Positions 1-13,082 of a stretch of 60,237 bases of DNA are shown in pieces. How positions within the stretch are numbered: the first letter of the stretch is position 1; each line of letters opens with the position of its first letter. Where the stretch lies: contig JBPPMG010000108.1 of assembly GCA_051305935.1 (NCBI GenBank), forward strand, positions 1 to 60,237, read 5' to 3'. Source of the stretch: Thermoanaerobaculia bacterium. GTDB taxonomy: Bacteria; Acidobacteriota; Thermoanaerobaculia; Gp7-AA8. The notes beneath the pieces were generated by a model. The model worked only from the letters and a program-made list of their open reading frames with translations. It made no database searches and had not been told where the DNA came from. A program made the position numbers and the translations under genes.

Positions 1-684
1 CGCGAGTTCGGCGTCGGGGCGAACGTCGGGAAGCCGCAGGTTGCATATCGCGAGGCGATCACGCGCGCGGCCGACGCCGACGGCAAGTTCGGTCGTCAGT
101 CGGGCGGCAAGGGTCAGTACGGTCACGTCAAGATGCGCTTCGAGCCGATCACGGACGGCAGCAAGGACTTCGAGTTCGTCAACGACATCGTCGGCGGCTC
201 GATCCCCCGCGAGTTCATCAAGCCGGTCGAGCAGGGCATCAAGGAAGCGATGGAAAAGGGCATCCTCGCCGGATACCCGATGACGGGCGTCCGCGCGATT
301 CTCTACGACGGCTCGTACCACGACGTCGATTCGTCAGAGATGGCATTCAAGATCGCCGGCTCGCTCGCCTTCCAGGAAGGCGCGAAGAAGGCCAATCCGG
401 TCCTGCTCGAGCCGATGATGGACGTCGAAGCGGTCACTCCTGAGGAGTACTCGGGCGACGTAATGGGCGACCTGAGCCGCCGGCGTGGAAAGATCCAGCA
501 GATGGAAGACCGAGGCGGCGCGAAGGCGATTCGCGCGTTCGTTCCGCTGTCGGAGATGTTTGGATACGCGACGCAGCTCCGCTCGATGTCCCAGGGCCGC
601 GCGAGCTACACGATGCAGTTCTCCAGCTACGAGGCCGCGCCGAAGTCCGTGGCCGAGGAAGTCATCGCAAAGGTTGCAGGATAG
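1..684 (+). CDS. fusA: Elongation factor G, C-terminal part (5' end lies outside the window)
   Basis: Frame 1 is open from base 1 ([20 protein letters not shown]...). The C-terminus ...[29 protein letters not shown] is typical EF-G domain V. It lies directly upstream of tuf. Confidence 0.95.
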   Translation, partial: REFGVGANVGKPQVAYREAITRAADADGKFGRQSGGKGQYGHVKMRFEPITDGSKDFEFVNDIVGGSIPREFIKPVEQGIKEAMEKGILAGYPMTGVRAILYDGSYHDVDSSEMAFKIAGSLAFQEGAKKANPVLLEPMMDVEAVTPEEYSGDVMGDLSRRRGKIQQMEDRGGAKAIRAFVPLSEMFGYATQLRSMSQGRASYTMQFSSYEAAPKSVAEEVIAKVAG

Positions 685-746
685 CCGGAGGCTCCGGCAC
701 GACTCATTACGTCTGAGAACGGAATAGAAACCAGGAGGTTCCAGCA

Positions 747-1940
<1,194 letters not shown>

Positions 1941-1952
1941 TTGTTTCTCGAA

Positions 1953-1983
1953 GGCCGGGCGAGGCGTGAAGCTTCGCCCGGCC
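1953..1983 (+). promoter_or_regulatory. 10-bp GC-rich hairpin between tuf and rpsJ (attenuator or processing hairpin; no T-tract)
   Basis: GGCCGGGCGA (1953-1962) pairs with TCGCCCGGCC (1974-1983). It lies in the 87-nt tuf-rpsJ spacer. Confidence 0.35.
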
Positions 1984-2027
1984 GACGCAGTATCGAGGCA
2001 GAAAGAAGAAGGGCCAGTAGGAAGATC

Positions 2028-2342
<315 letters not shown>

Positions 2343-2426
2343 CGAGGAAGGCCGTGAGACCGGAGCAAGTCGCAGCGCCCCTGGCGATGCGGAACTCCGT
2401 GAGCCCTCAGGCTCCGAGGTGAACGA

Positions 2427-3065
2427 ATGATTCATGGACTGATTGGCAAGAAGGTAGGCATGACACAGGTCTTCGCGGAGGACGGTTCGATCGTCCCCGT
2501 GACGGTGATCCAGGCCGGACCGTGTCTTGTCCTGCAGAAGAAGACGGCCGAAAAGGATGGCTACGACGCCGTTCAGGTCGGCCTGGTCGAGAAGATGTCC
2601 TACCGCGCGGTGACGTCGCCGATGCGGGGACACTTCGAGAAAGCCGGCGCGAACCCGTGCCGGACTCTCGTCGAGTTCCCCTACGACGGCGAAGCCAACG
2701 TGGGCGACCGCATCGCGGTCGACATCTTCAAGCCGGGAGACTCGATCGACGTCGTCGGCCGCTCGAAGGGCAAAGGCTTCCAGGGCGTCGTCAAGCGCCA
2801 CGGATTCCGCGGTGGCCGCGAGTCGCACGGCTCGATGTTCCATCGCGCGCCCGGTTCGATCGGCCAGTCGGCATTCCCTTCGCGCGTCATGAAGGGAATG
2901 CGAATGGGCGGTCGCATGGGCGGCGGCCAGGTCACGGTCAAGAATCTGCGCATTGCGAAGATCGATGCCGAGAACAACCTGATCTACATCCGGGGCGCAG
3001 TTCCGGGCGGTCGGAATTCGGTGGTCGTTCTGAGCTTCGCCCAGAACGGAAGGCGGGGTGAGTAG
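2427..3065 (+). CDS. rplC: 50S ribosomal protein L3
   Basis: [16 protein letters not shown]...[13 protein letters not shown]. Position is conserved in the S10 operon. Confidence 0.96.
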   Translation: MIHGLIGKKVGMTQVFAEDGSIVPVTVIQAGPCLVLQKKTAEKDGYDAVQVGLVEKMSYRAVTSPMRGHFEKAGANPCRTLVEFPYDGEANVGDRIAVDIFKPGDSIDVVGRSKGKGFQGVVKRHGFRGGRESHGSMFHRAPGSIGQSAFPSRVMKGMRMGGRMGGGQVTVKNLRIAKIDAENNLIYIRGAVPGGRNSVVVLSFAQNGRRGE

Positions 3066-3067
3066 CC

Positions 3068-3694
3068 ATGCCGACAATTGACATCAAGGATTCGAAGAAC
3101 CAGAAGATCGGCTCGGTCGAGCTCCCGGGAGAGGTCTTTGCCTATCCGTTCAAGGAGCATCTCGTCCACGAGGCGGTGCGGAACTACCGCGCCTCGCTCC
3201 GCGCCGGCACGCACAAGACCAAGGTCCGCAGTGAAGTCTCGGGTTCGGGCAAGAAGCCGTTCAAGCAGAAGGGCACGGGGCGCGCACGCCAGGGTGGCGC
3301 GCGTCCTCCGATCCACCGCCACGGCGGCACGTCGTTCGGTCCGGTTCCGCGTGACTACTCCTACAAGATGAACGTTCGCGAGAAGAAGGCGGCCCTCAAG
3401 GCGGCACTCTCGCGGAAGCTGCGCGACAAGAAGCTGATGGTGGTCGATCGGTTCGACCTCGACCAGCCGAAGACCAAGCTGCTTGCCGATCGCATCAGCG
3501 CCCTCGGCGTCGACGGCAAGGTGTTGCTCGTCGATTTCGCCGAGAATGTGAATCTCCACCTCGCGTCGCGGAACAATCCCAAACTCCAGATGTCCGACCC
3601 GCTGAAGGTGAACGTGTACGACGTGGTGAACAACCGCTACATCGTGATCACGCAGGCATCGCTCCAGAAGCTCGTGGAGGTGCTTCAGGGATGA
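3068..3694 (+). CDS. rplD: 50S ribosomal protein L4
   Basis: ...[16 protein letters not shown]... L4 signature. It starts 2 nt after the rplC stop. Confidence 0.95.
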   Translation: MPTIDIKDSKNQKIGSVELPGEVFAYPFKEHLVHEAVRNYRASLRAGTHKTKVRSEVSGSGKKPFKQKGTGRARQGGARPPIHRHGGTSFGPVPRDYSYKMNVREKKAALKAALSRKLRDKKLMVVDRFDLDQPKTKLLADRISALGVDGKVLLVDFAENVNLHLASRNNPKLQMSDPLKVNVYDVVNNRYIVITQASLQKLVEVLQG

Positions 3695-3987
3695 ATCTCG
3701 AACACTACCGCATCATCGTCCGTCCCCTGATCACCGAGAAGAGCACGCTCCAGAAGGAGACGGGGAACATCATCGCGTTCGAGGTAGCCTCGAAGGCGAA
3801 CAAGATCGAAGTTCGTCGCGCAGTCGAGGCGCTCTTCAACGTGAAAGTCGAAGAGGTCCGGCTGTTCAACGTCCGCGGCAAGCTCAAGAGGCTCGGCCGC
3901 AACATCGGACGCAGGTCCGACTGGCGCAAGGCGTATGTGCGCCTGAAGGCCGGCGAGAAGGCCCCGGAGTTCTTCGAGGGCGTCTAG
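3691..3987 (+). CDS. rplW: 50S ribosomal protein L23
   Basis: 98 aa ([11 protein letters not shown]...). Its ATG overlaps the rplD stop. Confidence 0.94.
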   Translation: MNLEHYRIIVRPLITEKSTLQKETGNIIAFEVASKANKIEVRRAVEALFNVKVEEVRLFNVRGKLKRLGRNIGRRSDWRKAYVRLKAGEKAPEFFEGV

Positions 3988-4045
3988 TCCGGACGAGGGT
4001 GGCGCGATGGCGCTACCCGTTAACGAGGCGAAAAACGAGGAAACT

Positions 4046-4870
<825 letters not shown>

Positions 4871-4888
4871 CGGGGAGACACGAGAGAA

Positions 4889-5194
4889 ATGGCACGTTCA
4901 ATCAAGAAGGGCCCGTTCGTCGACGACCACCTCCTGAAGAAGGTCGAGGACATGAACCGCCAGCGCGAGAAGAGGGTCATCAAGACCTGGTCGCGCCGCT
5001 CCACGGTCACCCCCGAGATGGTCGGACTGACCGTCGCCGTGCACAACGGCAACAAGTTCATCCCGATTTACTTGTCGGAGAACATGGTCGGCCACAAGCT
5101 CGGCGAGTTCGCGCTGACCCGGACGTTCAAGGGACACAGCGGCAAGAAGGTCGAGAAGAGCGCGAAGCCGGCCTCGGCGCCGTCGGCGAAGTAA
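4889..5194 (+). CDS. rpsS: 30S ribosomal protein S19
   Basis: [19 protein letters not shown]...VAVHNGNKF. Confidence 0.95.
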   Translation: MARSIKKGPFVDDHLLKKVEDMNRQREKRVIKTWSRRSTVTPEMVGLTVAVHNGNKFIPIYLSENMVGHKLGEFALTRTFKGHSGKKVEKSAKPASAPSAK

Positions 5195-5225
5195 GCGGCC
5201 GGACAAAGACCGACTGGAGAACGCG

Positions 5226-5699
5226 ATGGAAACGAAAGCAACACTCAAATACCTCAAGGCATCGGCGCAGAAGGTGCGCCTGATCGCGGACCAGGTTCGC
5301 GGTCGCAGGGTCGAAGAGGCGTATCAGATCCTGCGGTTCACGAAGAAGCTCGCGGCGAAGGATCTCGAGAAACTCCTTCGTTCGGCCGTCGCGAATGCGG
5401 AGAACTCGGACTCGGCACCGAATGTGGATGACCTCGTGGTCTCGCAGATCTACGTGAACGAAGGGCCGACCGAGAAGCGGATTCAGCCTGCCTCGATGGG
5501 GCGCGCGTTCCGGATCCTCAAGCGTCAGTCGCACGTGACGATTCATGTTTCAGACGACGTCGAGCCGGTCAACAAACGAGCCGGCGGAGCGGCAACGAAG
5601 CGCGCGGCGAAGGCGCCGGGCAAGAGTGCGGGCAAGGCTCCGGCAAAGGGCCGCGCGACCGCCGCGAAGAAGACGACGTCCACCCGGGCGCAGAAATAA
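5226..5699 (+). CDS. rplV: 50S ribosomal protein L22 with a Lys/Ala-rich C-terminal tail
   Basis: The L22 core (KASAQKVRLIADQVRG...) is followed by ...KRAAKAPGKSAGKAPAKGRATAAKKTTS. Confidence 0.93.
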   Translation: METKATLKYLKASAQKVRLIADQVRGRRVEEAYQILRFTKKLAAKDLEKLLRSAVANAENSDSAPNVDDLVVSQIYVNEGPTEKRIQPASMGRAFRILKRQSHVTIHVSDDVEPVNKRAGGAATKRAAKAPGKSAGKAPAKGRATAAKKTTSTRAQK

Positions 5700-5711
5700 C
5701 GGAGGCAGACT

Positions 5712-6365
5712 TTGGGTCAAAAGGTTCATCCTTACGGGTTCCGTCTCGGATTCAACAAGACGTGGCATTCTCGCTGGTTCGCGGGCCGCACCTACGCGTC
5801 CATGCTCCATCGCGATCTGAAGCTGCGCGAAGACCTCAAAAAGCGCCTTTCGCATGCTGGCGTGTCGGAGATCGACATCGAGCGCACGGCGAACAAGATG
5901 CGGATCAACATCCACACCTCGCGCCCGGGCATCATCATCGGTCGCAAGGGTGCGGAGGTCGATAAGCTTCGTGACGAGCTCCAGAAAATGGTGGATGGCG
6001 AGGTCTACATCAACATCCAGGAAGTGACCCGTCCCGAGCTCGACGCCCAGCTGGTGGCGGAGAACATCGCCGGGCAGCTGGTGCGCCGCGTCGCGTTCCG
6101 TCGCGCCATGAAGAAGGCGATGGAGAGCACGTTCCGCTTCGGCGGCAAGGGAATCAAGGTTCGCGTAAGCGGCCGCCTCAACGGCGCCGAGATCGCGCGC
6201 AGCGAGTGGTACCAGGACGGACGCCTCCCCCTTCACACCCTGAAGGCCGACATCGATTATGGCGAGACGACCGCGCGCACGACGTACGGAGCCATCGGCA
6301 TCAAGGTGTGGCTGTTCAAAGGCGAAATGAGCAAGGCACGCAGCCGCCGGAAGGTAGCGATCTAG
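5712..6365 (+). CDS. rpsC: 30S ribosomal protein S3
   Basis: TTG start. [17 protein letters not shown]...; KH and S3-C regions are recognisable. Confidence 0.95.
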   Translation: MGQKVHPYGFRLGFNKTWHSRWFAGRTYASMLHRDLKLREDLKKRLSHAGVSEIDIERTANKMRINIHTSRPGIIIGRKGAEVDKLRDELQKMVDGEVYINIQEVTRPELDAQLVAENIAGQLVRRVAFRRAMKKAMESTFRFGGKGIKVRVSGRLNGAEIARSEWYQDGRLPLHTLKADIDYGETTARTTYGAIGIKVWLFKGEMSKARSRRKVAI

Positions 6366-6401
6366 GCTTCCCGCGGGGAGCCCGGTCAGGAGAAACGCAT
6401 C

Positions 6402-6827
6402 ATGTTGATGCCCAAGAAGGTGAAGTTCAGGAAACAGCAGCGCGGACGGCGCTCGGGCCTCGCGACGCGCGGCGCGAAAGTGTCGTTCGGCGACTACGGG
6501 CTGATGGCGCTCGAGGACGGCTGGGTAACCGCCCGTCAGATCGAAGCTGCCCGTATCGCGATGACGCGCTACATCAAGCGTGGTGGAAAGATCTGGATCC
6601 GGGTCTTCCCCGACAAGCCGATCACGAAGAAGCCCCTCGAGACTCGTATGGGCAAGGGCAAGGGTCCCCCGGAGGAATGGGTGGTCGTCATCAAGCCGGC
6701 GCGCATCCTCTACGAGATGGAAGGCGTGACGCGCGAGATCGCCGAGGCTGCGTTCCGGCTCGCGGCGCACAAGCTGCCGATCAAGACGCGATTCGTGACC
6801 AGGCAGGAAATGGAGATTGGAGTATGA
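6402..6827 (+). CDS. rplP: 50S ribosomal protein L16
   Basis: [16 protein letters not shown]...RMGKGKG. Confidence 0.95.
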   Translation: MLMPKKVKFRKQQRGRRSGLATRGAKVSFGDYGLMALEDGWVTARQIEAARIAMTRYIKRGGKIWIRVFPDKPITKKPLETRMGKGKGPPEEWVVVIKPARILYEMEGVTREIAEAAFRLAAHKLPIKTRFVTRQEMEIGV

Positions 6828-7030
6828 GCAAGCGCGTGGTTCTGAAGGACAAGAGCGACGCCGAGCTCCTCACGTTGGAGCGGGATCTCGTCCAGCAGCA
6901 GTACAAGTTCCGTTTCCAGAAGGCCACCGGCTCGATGGAGAAATCGGCGAAGGCAAAGGACGTGCGCCGCGACATCGCGCGCATCAAGACGATCCTCCGC
7001 GAGCGCGAGCTGCAGAAGGCCGCGAAGTAG
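6824..7030 (+). CDS. rpmC: 50S ribosomal protein L29
   Basis: [22 protein letters not shown]... The ATG at 6824 overlaps the rplP stop (ATGA). It is the in-frame tail of track ORF 6206-7030. Confidence 0.9.
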   Translation: MSKRVVLKDKSDAELLTLERDLVQQQYKFRFQKATGSMEKSAKAKDVRRDIARIKTILRERELQKAAK

Positions 7031-7049
7031 CAGAGGGAGAGAAGCGACG

Positions 7050-7334
7050 ATGGCGAACAACGCAGAAATGAACGAGACCAAGGCGGCCGGCCGGCGCATG
7101 ACGAAAGTCGGCGTGGTCGTGTCAAACAAGATGGAAAAGTCCGTGGTCGTGTCGGTGGAGAACACCGTCATGAGCGGGATGTACCAGAAGTACGTCAAGC
7201 GCACGAGCAGGTTCATGGCGCACTGCGAGAACAACGACGTGAACGTGGGCGACCGCGTTCTGATCGAGGAGACGCGCCCGCTTTCGAAGAGGAAGCGCTG
7301 GAACGTCAAAGAAGTGATCACGCGCGCCAACTAG
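7050..7334 (+). CDS. rpsQ: 30S ribosomal protein S17
   Basis: ...RRMTKVGVVVSNKMEKSVVVSVE...YKRTSRFMAHCENN. Confidence 0.93.
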   Translation: MANNAEMNETKAAGRRMTKVGVVVSNKMEKSVVVSVENTVMSGMYQKYVKRTSRFMAHCENNDVNVGDRVLIEETRPLSKRKRWNVKEVITRAN

Positions 7335-7373
7335 GCCGCGGATCGACTGATAGCGGGTCGCGAGGAGCTAGCC

Positions 7374-7745
7374 ATGATTCAGATGCGTACCATTCTCAAT
7401 GTCGCCGACAATACGGGCGCGAAGAAGATCGCCTGTATCAAGATGATCGGCGGATCGACCAAGGGCAAGTACGCCCGGATCGGCGACGTGATCACCGCGT
7501 CGGTCAAGGAAGCGTCTCCGGACGGAACGGTCAAGAAGGGCGCGGTCGTCAAGGCGGTCATCGTCCGCACGGTCAAGGAAACGCGCCGTCGCGACGGGTC
7601 GTACATCAAGTTCGACGACAACGCCGCGGTTCTGATCAAGGACGACAACGAGCCGGTCGGAACGCGCGTGTTCGGCCCCGTCGCCCGCGAATTGCGCGAG
7701 CGGAAGTTCATGAAGATCATCTCGCTCGCCCCCGAGGTCATCTGA
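7374..7745 (+). CDS. rplN: 50S ribosomal protein L14
   Basis: [18 protein letters not shown]... Confidence 0.96.
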   Translation: MIQMRTILNVADNTGAKKIACIKMIGGSTKGKYARIGDVITASVKEASPDGTVKKGAVVKAVIVRTVKETRRRDGSYIKFDDNAAVLIKDDNEPVGTRVFGPVARELRERKFMKIISLAPEVI

Positions 7746-7753
7746 GGTAAACC

Positions 7754-8113
7754 ATGTATAAGACGACCAAACTGAAAGACACCCCGACGACCTCGAAGGT
7801 TCACGTCAAGAAGAACGACGAAGTGCTCGTGATCGCGGGCAAGGACCGGGGCAAGCGCGGCAAGGTTCTGCGCGTGATCCCGACCAAGAGCGCCGCGGTA
7901 GTCGAGCGCGTGAACTTCATCAAGAAGCACACGCGGGCGAATCCCCAGCGCAACATCAAGGGCGGGATTCTCGAGCGCGAAGCGCCGATCAAGCTCTCGA
8001 ATCTCCAGGTGATCTGCCCGAGCTGCTCGGAGCCGGCGCGCACGGGGCGCAAGGCGACCGACAAGGGCTCGGTTCGGGTCTGCCAGAAGTGCAAGACGGA
8101 GTTCAGCAACTAA
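7754..8113 (+). CDS. rplX: 50S ribosomal protein L24 (C-terminal CxxC...CxxC)
   Basis: KVHVKKNDEVLVIAGKDRGKRGKV (KOW motif). The C-terminus reads CPSC...CQKC. Confidence 0.93.
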   Translation: MYKTTKLKDTPTTSKVHVKKNDEVLVIAGKDRGKRGKVLRVIPTKSAAVVERVNFIKKHTRANPQRNIKGGILEREAPIKLSNLQVICPSCSEPARTGRKATDKGSVRVCQKCKTEFSN

Positions 8114-8168
8114 AGGCGCGAGGAGCGCCGACTGATCCTACTCGCGGATCGACAACGAGGAAACACGA

Positions 8169-8711
8169 ATGGCAAGACTCAAAGAGTTCTACACCAAAGA
8201 GGTCGCGGAGAAGGTCCAGAAGGAATTCGGGATCAAGAATCCGATGGCCGTACCGCGCATCGAAAAGATCGTGCTCAACATGGGCCTGGGCGAAGCCGTC
8301 CAGAACGCCAAGATCATGGACGGGGCCGTCGAAGAGCTTTCGGCGATCGCCGGCCAGCGCGCCGTCGTCACGAAGGCGAAGAAGTCGATCGCGAACTTCA
8401 AGCTTCGTGAGGGCGTCCCCATCGGCGCTCGCGTGACGCTGCGCGGCATCCGGATGTACGAGTTTCTCGATCGCCTCATGAACATCGCGCTACCGCGCGT
8501 CCGCGATTTTCGCGGCGTTCCGACAAAGGCGTTCGACGGCCGCGGCAACTACACGCTCGGCGTCCGCGATCACCTGATCTTCCCCGAGATCGACTACTCG
8601 AAAGTCGAGAAGTCGAAGGGGATGAACATCACCATCGTCACCAGTGCCAGCAACGACGAACAGGCCCGCGCGCTCCTTCGGGAGCTCGGGATGCCGTTCG
8701 TTGGACGCTGA
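8169..8711 (+). CDS. rplE: 50S ribosomal protein L5
   Basis: [12 protein letters not shown]...[15 protein letters not shown]... Confidence 0.95.
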   Translation: MARLKEFYTKEVAEKVQKEFGIKNPMAVPRIEKIVLNMGLGEAVQNAKIMDGAVEELSAIAGQRAVVTKAKKSIANFKLREGVPIGARVTLRGIRMYEFLDRLMNIALPRVRDFRGVPTKAFDGRGNYTLGVRDHLIFPEIDYSKVEKSKGMNITIVTSASNDEQARALLRELGMPFVGR

Positions 8712-8743
8712 GCCGAAGATAGTCGCGAGGAGCGAAGAATCAA

Positions 8744-8929
8744 ATGGCTAAGACTTCGATGATCGTCAAGGCGCTGAGGCAGCCGAAGTTTTCCTCTCGG
8801 ACCGTCCGCCGTTGTAAAACGTGCGGCCGTCCGCGCGGGGTCCTGCGCAAGTTCCAGCTGTGCAGGATCTGCTTCCGCAAAATGGCGCTCGAGGGCTATC
8901 TCCCGGGCGTGACGAAGGCGAGCTGGTAA
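8744..8929 (+). CDS. rpsN: 30S ribosomal protein S14, short zinc-binding type (type Z)
   Basis: 61 aa with CKTCGRPRG...CRICFR (four Cys). Position is conserved in the spc operon. Confidence 0.93.
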   Translation: MAKTSMIVKALRQPKFSSRTVRRCKTCGRPRGVLRKFQLCRICFRKMALEGYLPGVTKASW

Positions 8930-8983
8930 AGACGCAAACCCATGGCCACGACGGTACTGCCGTCTGGCGGAGGAATACGAGAG

Positions 8984-9382
8984 ATGTCGATGACCGATCC
9001 CATTGCGGACATGCTTTCCCGGATCCGAAACGCGATCCAGTCCCGTCACGACCGTGTGGACGTTCCCGCGTCCAAGCTGAAGGTCGAGATTGCCCGGATC
9101 CTCAAGGAGCAGGGCTTCATCAGCAATTACAAGAAGATCGACGAGGGTCTGCAGGGAACCATCCGGATCTCCCTGAAGTACGCCCCCGACGGCGAGCCCG
9201 TGATCCACGGAATCGAGCGCATCTCGCGTCCCGGCCGCAGGGTCTACCGGGCCAAGACCGAGATTCCGCGCCCGCTCGGCGGCCTCGGCCTGTCGATCGT
9301 CTCGACGTCTCGCGGAGTTCTCTCCGGCGACGAGGCCGCGAAGACCGGCATCGGCGGCGAAGTGCTCTGTCAGGTCTGGTAG
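8984..9382 (+). CDS. rpsH: 30S ribosomal protein S8
   Basis: MSMTDPIADMLSRIRNA... I chose the internal ATG at 8984 in track ORF 8942-9382. Confidence 0.93.
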   Translation: MSMTDPIADMLSRIRNAIQSRHDRVDVPASKLKVEIARILKEQGFISNYKKIDEGLQGTIRISLKYAPDGEPVIHGIERISRPGRRVYRAKTEIPRPLGGLGLSIVSTSRGVLSGDEAAKTGIGGEVLCQVW

Positions 9383-9391
9383 GAGGAACCG

Positions 9392-9952
9392 ATGTCCCGC
9401 GTAGGTAAGAAGCCGATCAGTCTGCCCAAGGGGGTCGAGGTTCGCCTCGATGGCGCAGAGATCGTCGTCAAGGGTCCCAAGGGCCAGGTAACGACCCCGA
9501 TCGTCGAGGGAATCTCGATGAACGTCGACAACGGAACGATCACGCTCGCCCGCAAGGACGAGCAGCGCCAGTCGCGCGCGAACCATGGCCTCGTCCGGGC
9601 GCTGCTCGCGAACGGCATCAAGGGTGTCTCGGAAGGTTTCCGCCGCGAGCTCGAGGTGATTGGCGTTGGCTATCGCGCCGAGGTCAAGGGGCGCGAGGTC
9701 GTGTTCCAGCTCGGCTACTCGCACCCGATCAACTTCAAGATTCCCGAGGGGATCGACATCTCGATCGAGAAGGCGAAGGTCGGAAGCAACGCCCAGGTGC
9801 AGGTGAACATCACCGGCGTCGACAAACAGAAGGTGGGGCAGACGGCCGCAGAGATCCGTTCGCTCCGCCAGCCCGACCCGTACAAGGGCAAGGGCATCAA
9901 GTACATGGAAGAAGTCATCCGTCGCAAGGCCGGCAAGGCCGCAGGCAAGTAA
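9392..9952 (+). CDS. rplF: 50S ribosomal protein L6
   Basis: MSRVGKKPISLPKGVEV... Confidence 0.95.
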   Translation: MSRVGKKPISLPKGVEVRLDGAEIVVKGPKGQVTTPIVEGISMNVDNGTITLARKDEQRQSRANHGLVRALLANGIKGVSEGFRRELEVIGVGYRAEVKGREVVFQLGYSHPINFKIPEGIDISIEKAKVGSNAQVQVNITGVDKQKVGQTAAEIRSLRQPDPYKGKGIKYMEEVIRRKAGKAAGK

Positions 9953-9998
9953 CGCGCGGAGATGAAACGAGGCCGGCTACTCGCGTCGGCCGGAGGAA

Positions 9999-10370
9999 AT
10001 GAAGATGGATCGCGCCAAGGCAAGAGTGGAATCGAGAGGCCGCATCCGCGAACGGATTCGCGGGAAGGTCGCGGGGAGCGCGGAGCGTCCGCGTCTCGCG
10101 GTGTTCAAGAGCCTGAAGTACATCTACGTGCAGGTCATCGACGACTCGACGGGGCGCACGATCGCGTCGGCGTCGAGCCTGGAGAAGGATCTCCGCACGA
10201 AGGTGAGCGGCTCGAACAAGGGTGCGGCAGCCGCGGTGGGCGAGCTCATCGCGGAGCGTGTGAAGGAAAAGGGGTTGTCGAAGGTCGTTTTCGATCGCGG
10301 CGGCTACCAGTACCACGGCAACGTCAAGGCGCTCGCCGAGGCGGCGCGCTCGAAGGGTTTGGTTTTTTAG
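9999..10370 (+). CDS. rplR: 50S ribosomal protein L18
   Basis: ...[20 protein letters not shown]...[20 protein letters not shown]. Confidence 0.93.
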   Translation: MKMDRAKARVESRGRIRERIRGKVAGSAERPRLAVFKSLKYIYVQVIDDSTGRTIASASSLEKDLRTKVSGSNKGAAAAVGELIAERVKEKGLSKVVFDRGGYQYHGNVKALAEAARSKGLVF

Positions 10371-10412
10371 CTGTCTGGCTCGCGCCAGGCTGAGCAGGGA
10401 TTCGGAGGCAAC

Positions 10413-10967
10413 GTGCGTCAAGGTCAGTCAAGCCGTGGAATGGATCGTCGTGATGCCGAACGAAGCGAGTCGGGTCTGATCGACAAGGTCGTTCACATCA
10501 ATCGCGTCACGAAGGTCGTCAAGGGCGGCAAGAACTTCAGCTTCAGCGCGCTCGTGGTCGTGGGCGACGGTCAGGGCCGGGTTGGTTACGGCTCGGGCAA
10601 GGCGAAGGAAGTTCCCGCGGCGATCAAGAAGGGAATCGAGATCGCGAAGCGGAACATGATTCCGGTGTCGCTGGACGGGACGACGATTCCGCACGCGACC
10701 ATCGGCCGCTACGGCGCAGGGCGCGTGCTTCTCAAGCCGGCGTCCGAAGGCACGGGAGTCATTGCGGGCGGACCAGTTCGCGCGATCCTCGAGTCGGCCG
10801 GAATTCAGAACATCCTGACCAAGTCGCTCGGAACGGCGAATCCGCAGAACGTCGTGAAAGCGACGTTCGAGGCGCTTCGCCAGCTCCGGAGCCGCGCGCA
10901 GTTCGAAGCGCTTCGCGGCCAGGTCGGTGCCGCCGAGGCGGCCGAACCCACCAACGAGGCTGAATGA
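10413..10967 (+). CDS. rpsE: 30S ribosomal protein S5
   Basis: GTG start. ...[35 protein letters not shown]... Confidence 0.93.
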   Translation: MRQGQSSRGMDRRDAERSESGLIDKVVHINRVTKVVKGGKNFSFSALVVVGDGQGRVGYGSGKAKEVPAAIKKGIEIAKRNMIPVSLDGTTIPHATIGRYGAGRVLLKPASEGTGVIAGGPVRAILESAGIQNILTKSLGTANPQNVVKATFEALRQLRSRAQFEALRGQVGAAEAAEPTNEAE

Positions 10968-11164
10968 TGAGCAAGCAGGACAACGCACAAAAGCTGAAGA
11001 TCGAGCAGGTCGGCAGCGGCATCGGCTGCACGCGCGACATGCGCGAGACGCTGCGGGCGCTCGGCCTGAAAAAGATGCACCAGGTGGTCGAGCGCATCGA
11101 CACACCCGCAACGCGCGGCATGATCGCGAAGATCCCGCACCTCGTGCGCGTGATCGAGCAGTGA
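10964..11164 (+). CDS. rpmD: 50S ribosomal protein L30
   Basis: 66 aa. ...[25 protein letters not shown]... It overlaps the rpsE stop. Confidence 0.9.
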   Translation: MMSKQDNAQKLKIEQVGSGIGCTRDMRETLRALGLKKMHQVVERIDTPATRGMIAKIPHLVRVIEQ

Positions 11165-11216
11165 CGAGTCGGGAGCGGCGCGCCGTTCCCGCACCAAGCG
11201 ACGAGAGAGGTCGACG

Positions 11217-11660
11217 ATGGAACTGAACACTCTGAAACCGAAAAAAGGATCGCGCCACGCGCGGAAGCGTGTGGGTCGCGGTCAGGGCTCGGGCCACGGA
11301 AAGATGTCGAGCCGAGGCGAGAAGGGGCAGAAGTCTCGCTCTGGATACTCGCGTATGCTCGGCTTCGAGGGCGGTCAGATGCCGCTCCACCGCCGCGTGC
11401 CGAAGCGCGGATTCACCAACATCTTCAAGGTCGAATACTCTGTGGTGAACGTTGCAGACCTCGAGAAGGCGTTCGAGCAGGGCGCGACCGTCGACGTCGA
11501 CGCGCTCCGCAAGGTGGGCCTCATCCGCGGGCGCAAGCGGGTGAAGATCCTCGGCAACGGTGACATCAAGAAGAAGTTCACGGTCCACGCGAGCAAGTTC
11601 TCCGATAGCGCGAGGACGAAGATCGAGGCCGCGGGCGGAACCTGCCAGGAGATCCAGTGA
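11217..11660 (+). CDS. rplO: 50S ribosomal protein L15
   Basis: MELNTLKPKKGSRHARKRVGRGQGSGHGK... Confidence 0.94.
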   Translation: MELNTLKPKKGSRHARKRVGRGQGSGHGKMSSRGEKGQKSRSGYSRMLGFEGGQMPLHRRVPKRGFTNIFKVEYSVVNVADLEKAFEQGATVDVDALRKVGLIRGRKRVKILGNGDIKKKFTVHASKFSDSARTKIEAAGGTCQEIQ

Positions 11661-13063
11661 ACGTAGTCGACACATTTCGGAACATCTTCGCGATTCCCGA
11701 CCTGCGGAAGAGGATTCTCTTCACGCTGGGGATGCTGGCCATCTATCGCCTCGGCTCGCACGTTCCGACGCCCGGCATCGACCCGGTGGCTCTTCAGGAG
11801 TTCTTCGGTGCGATGCAGACGGGAGTGTTCGGCTTTCTGAACCTCTTCTCGGGTGGAGCGCTGAGCCGGTTGTCCGTCTTCGCGCTCGGCATCATGCCGT
11901 ACATCTCGGCGTCGATTATTCTCCAGCTCCTCACGGTCGTCTGGCCCTACCTCGAGAAACTCTCGAAGGAAGGGGAGCTCGGCCGCCGCAAGATCAATCA
12001 GTACACACGTTACGGCACGATCATCCTCGCGGTGATCCAGTCGCTCGGCATGGCTTTCTGGCTTCGAGCGCAGACCTCGCCGGGCGGTGCGCCGCTGGTG
12101 CCGGCCGCGGTCCAGGACTCCCTCTGGGGCTTCGGCTTTCCGCTGATGACCGTCCTGACGCTGACGACCGGAACGATCTTCGTGATGTGGCTGGGCGAGC
12201 AGATCTCGGAGCGCGGCATCGGCAACGGCATTTCGCTCATCATCTTCGCCGGCATCGTGGTCGGTCTTCCCGAGGCAACGATGGGTCTCATCGAAGACCT
12301 CCGGACGGGAGAGCGCAACATCTTCTCCATCCTGCTGCTGGTCGGCTTCATGATCGGCGTCGTCGCGTTCGTGGTCTTCATGGAGCGCGCGCAGCGACGC
12401 ATTCCGGTGCAGTACGCCAAGCGCGTCGTGGGCCGGAAGGTCTACGGAGGCGCGAGCACGTATCTGCCGCTTCGCGTGAACACGGCAGGGGTCATCCCGG
12501 TGATCTTCGCCTCCTCGGTTCTCGTGTTCCCGCAGACGATCGCGCAGATGATCCAGCAGCCGTGGGCCCAGGCGATCGCCAAGCAGATCGGCATGGGCGA
12601 ACCGCTCTACTATCTGCTTCAGATTCTGGGCATCATCTTCTTCTCGTTCTTCTATACGTCGATCGTCTTCAATCCGGTCGACGTGTCGGACAACATGCGG
12701 AAGTACGGCGGCTTCATTCCGGGAATTCGCCCCGGAAAGAAGACGGCGGACTACATCGACCGGGTCCTCACGAGGATCACGGCGGTTGGCTCGCTCTATC
12801 TTGCCGCGGTCTGCGTGCTGCCCGAGTTTCTGATCACCGGCTTTCACGTCGCGCAGCTTCCGTTCGTCGGTGGCTCGCTCGACCGCGCGCTTCCGACATG
12901 GGTCACCGCGGGAATGGGATTCCAGTTCTACTTCGGAGGAACCTCGTTGCTCATCGTGGTCGGCGTCGCGATGGACACGCTCCAGCAGATCGAGTCCCAG
13001 CTCGTGATGCGTCACTACGACGGGTTCATGAAGGGAGCACGCCTCCGCGGTCGTCGCGGTTGA
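11657..13063 (+). CDS. secY: Preprotein translocase subunit SecY
   Basis: 468 aa with about 10 hydrophobic segments. ...GIMPYISASIILQLL...; the GTG start overlaps the rplO stop. Confidence 0.96.
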   Translation: MNVVDTFRNIFAIPDLRKRILFTLGMLAIYRLGSHVPTPGIDPVALQEFFGAMQTGVFGFLNLFSGGALSRLSVFALGIMPYISASIILQLLTVVWPYLEKLSKEGELGRRKINQYTRYGTIILAVIQSLGMAFWLRAQTSPGGAPLVPAAVQDSLWGFGFPLMTVLTLTTGTIFVMWLGEQISERGIGNGISLIIFAGIVVGLPEATMGLIEDLRTGERNIFSILLLVGFMIGVVAFVVFMERAQRRIPVQYAKRVVGRKVYGGASTYLPLRVNTAGVIPVIFASSVLVFPQTIAQMIQQPWAQAIAKQIGMGEPLYYLLQILGIIFFSFFYTSIVFNPVDVSDNMRKYGGFIPGIRPGKKTADYIDRVLTRITAVGSLYLAAVCVLPEFLITGFHVAQLPFVGGSLDRALPTWVTAGMGFQFYFGGTSLLIVVGVAMDTLQQIESQLVMRHYDGFMKGARLRGRRG

Positions 13064-13082
13064 GCGTGGGAGGAATCGATTC

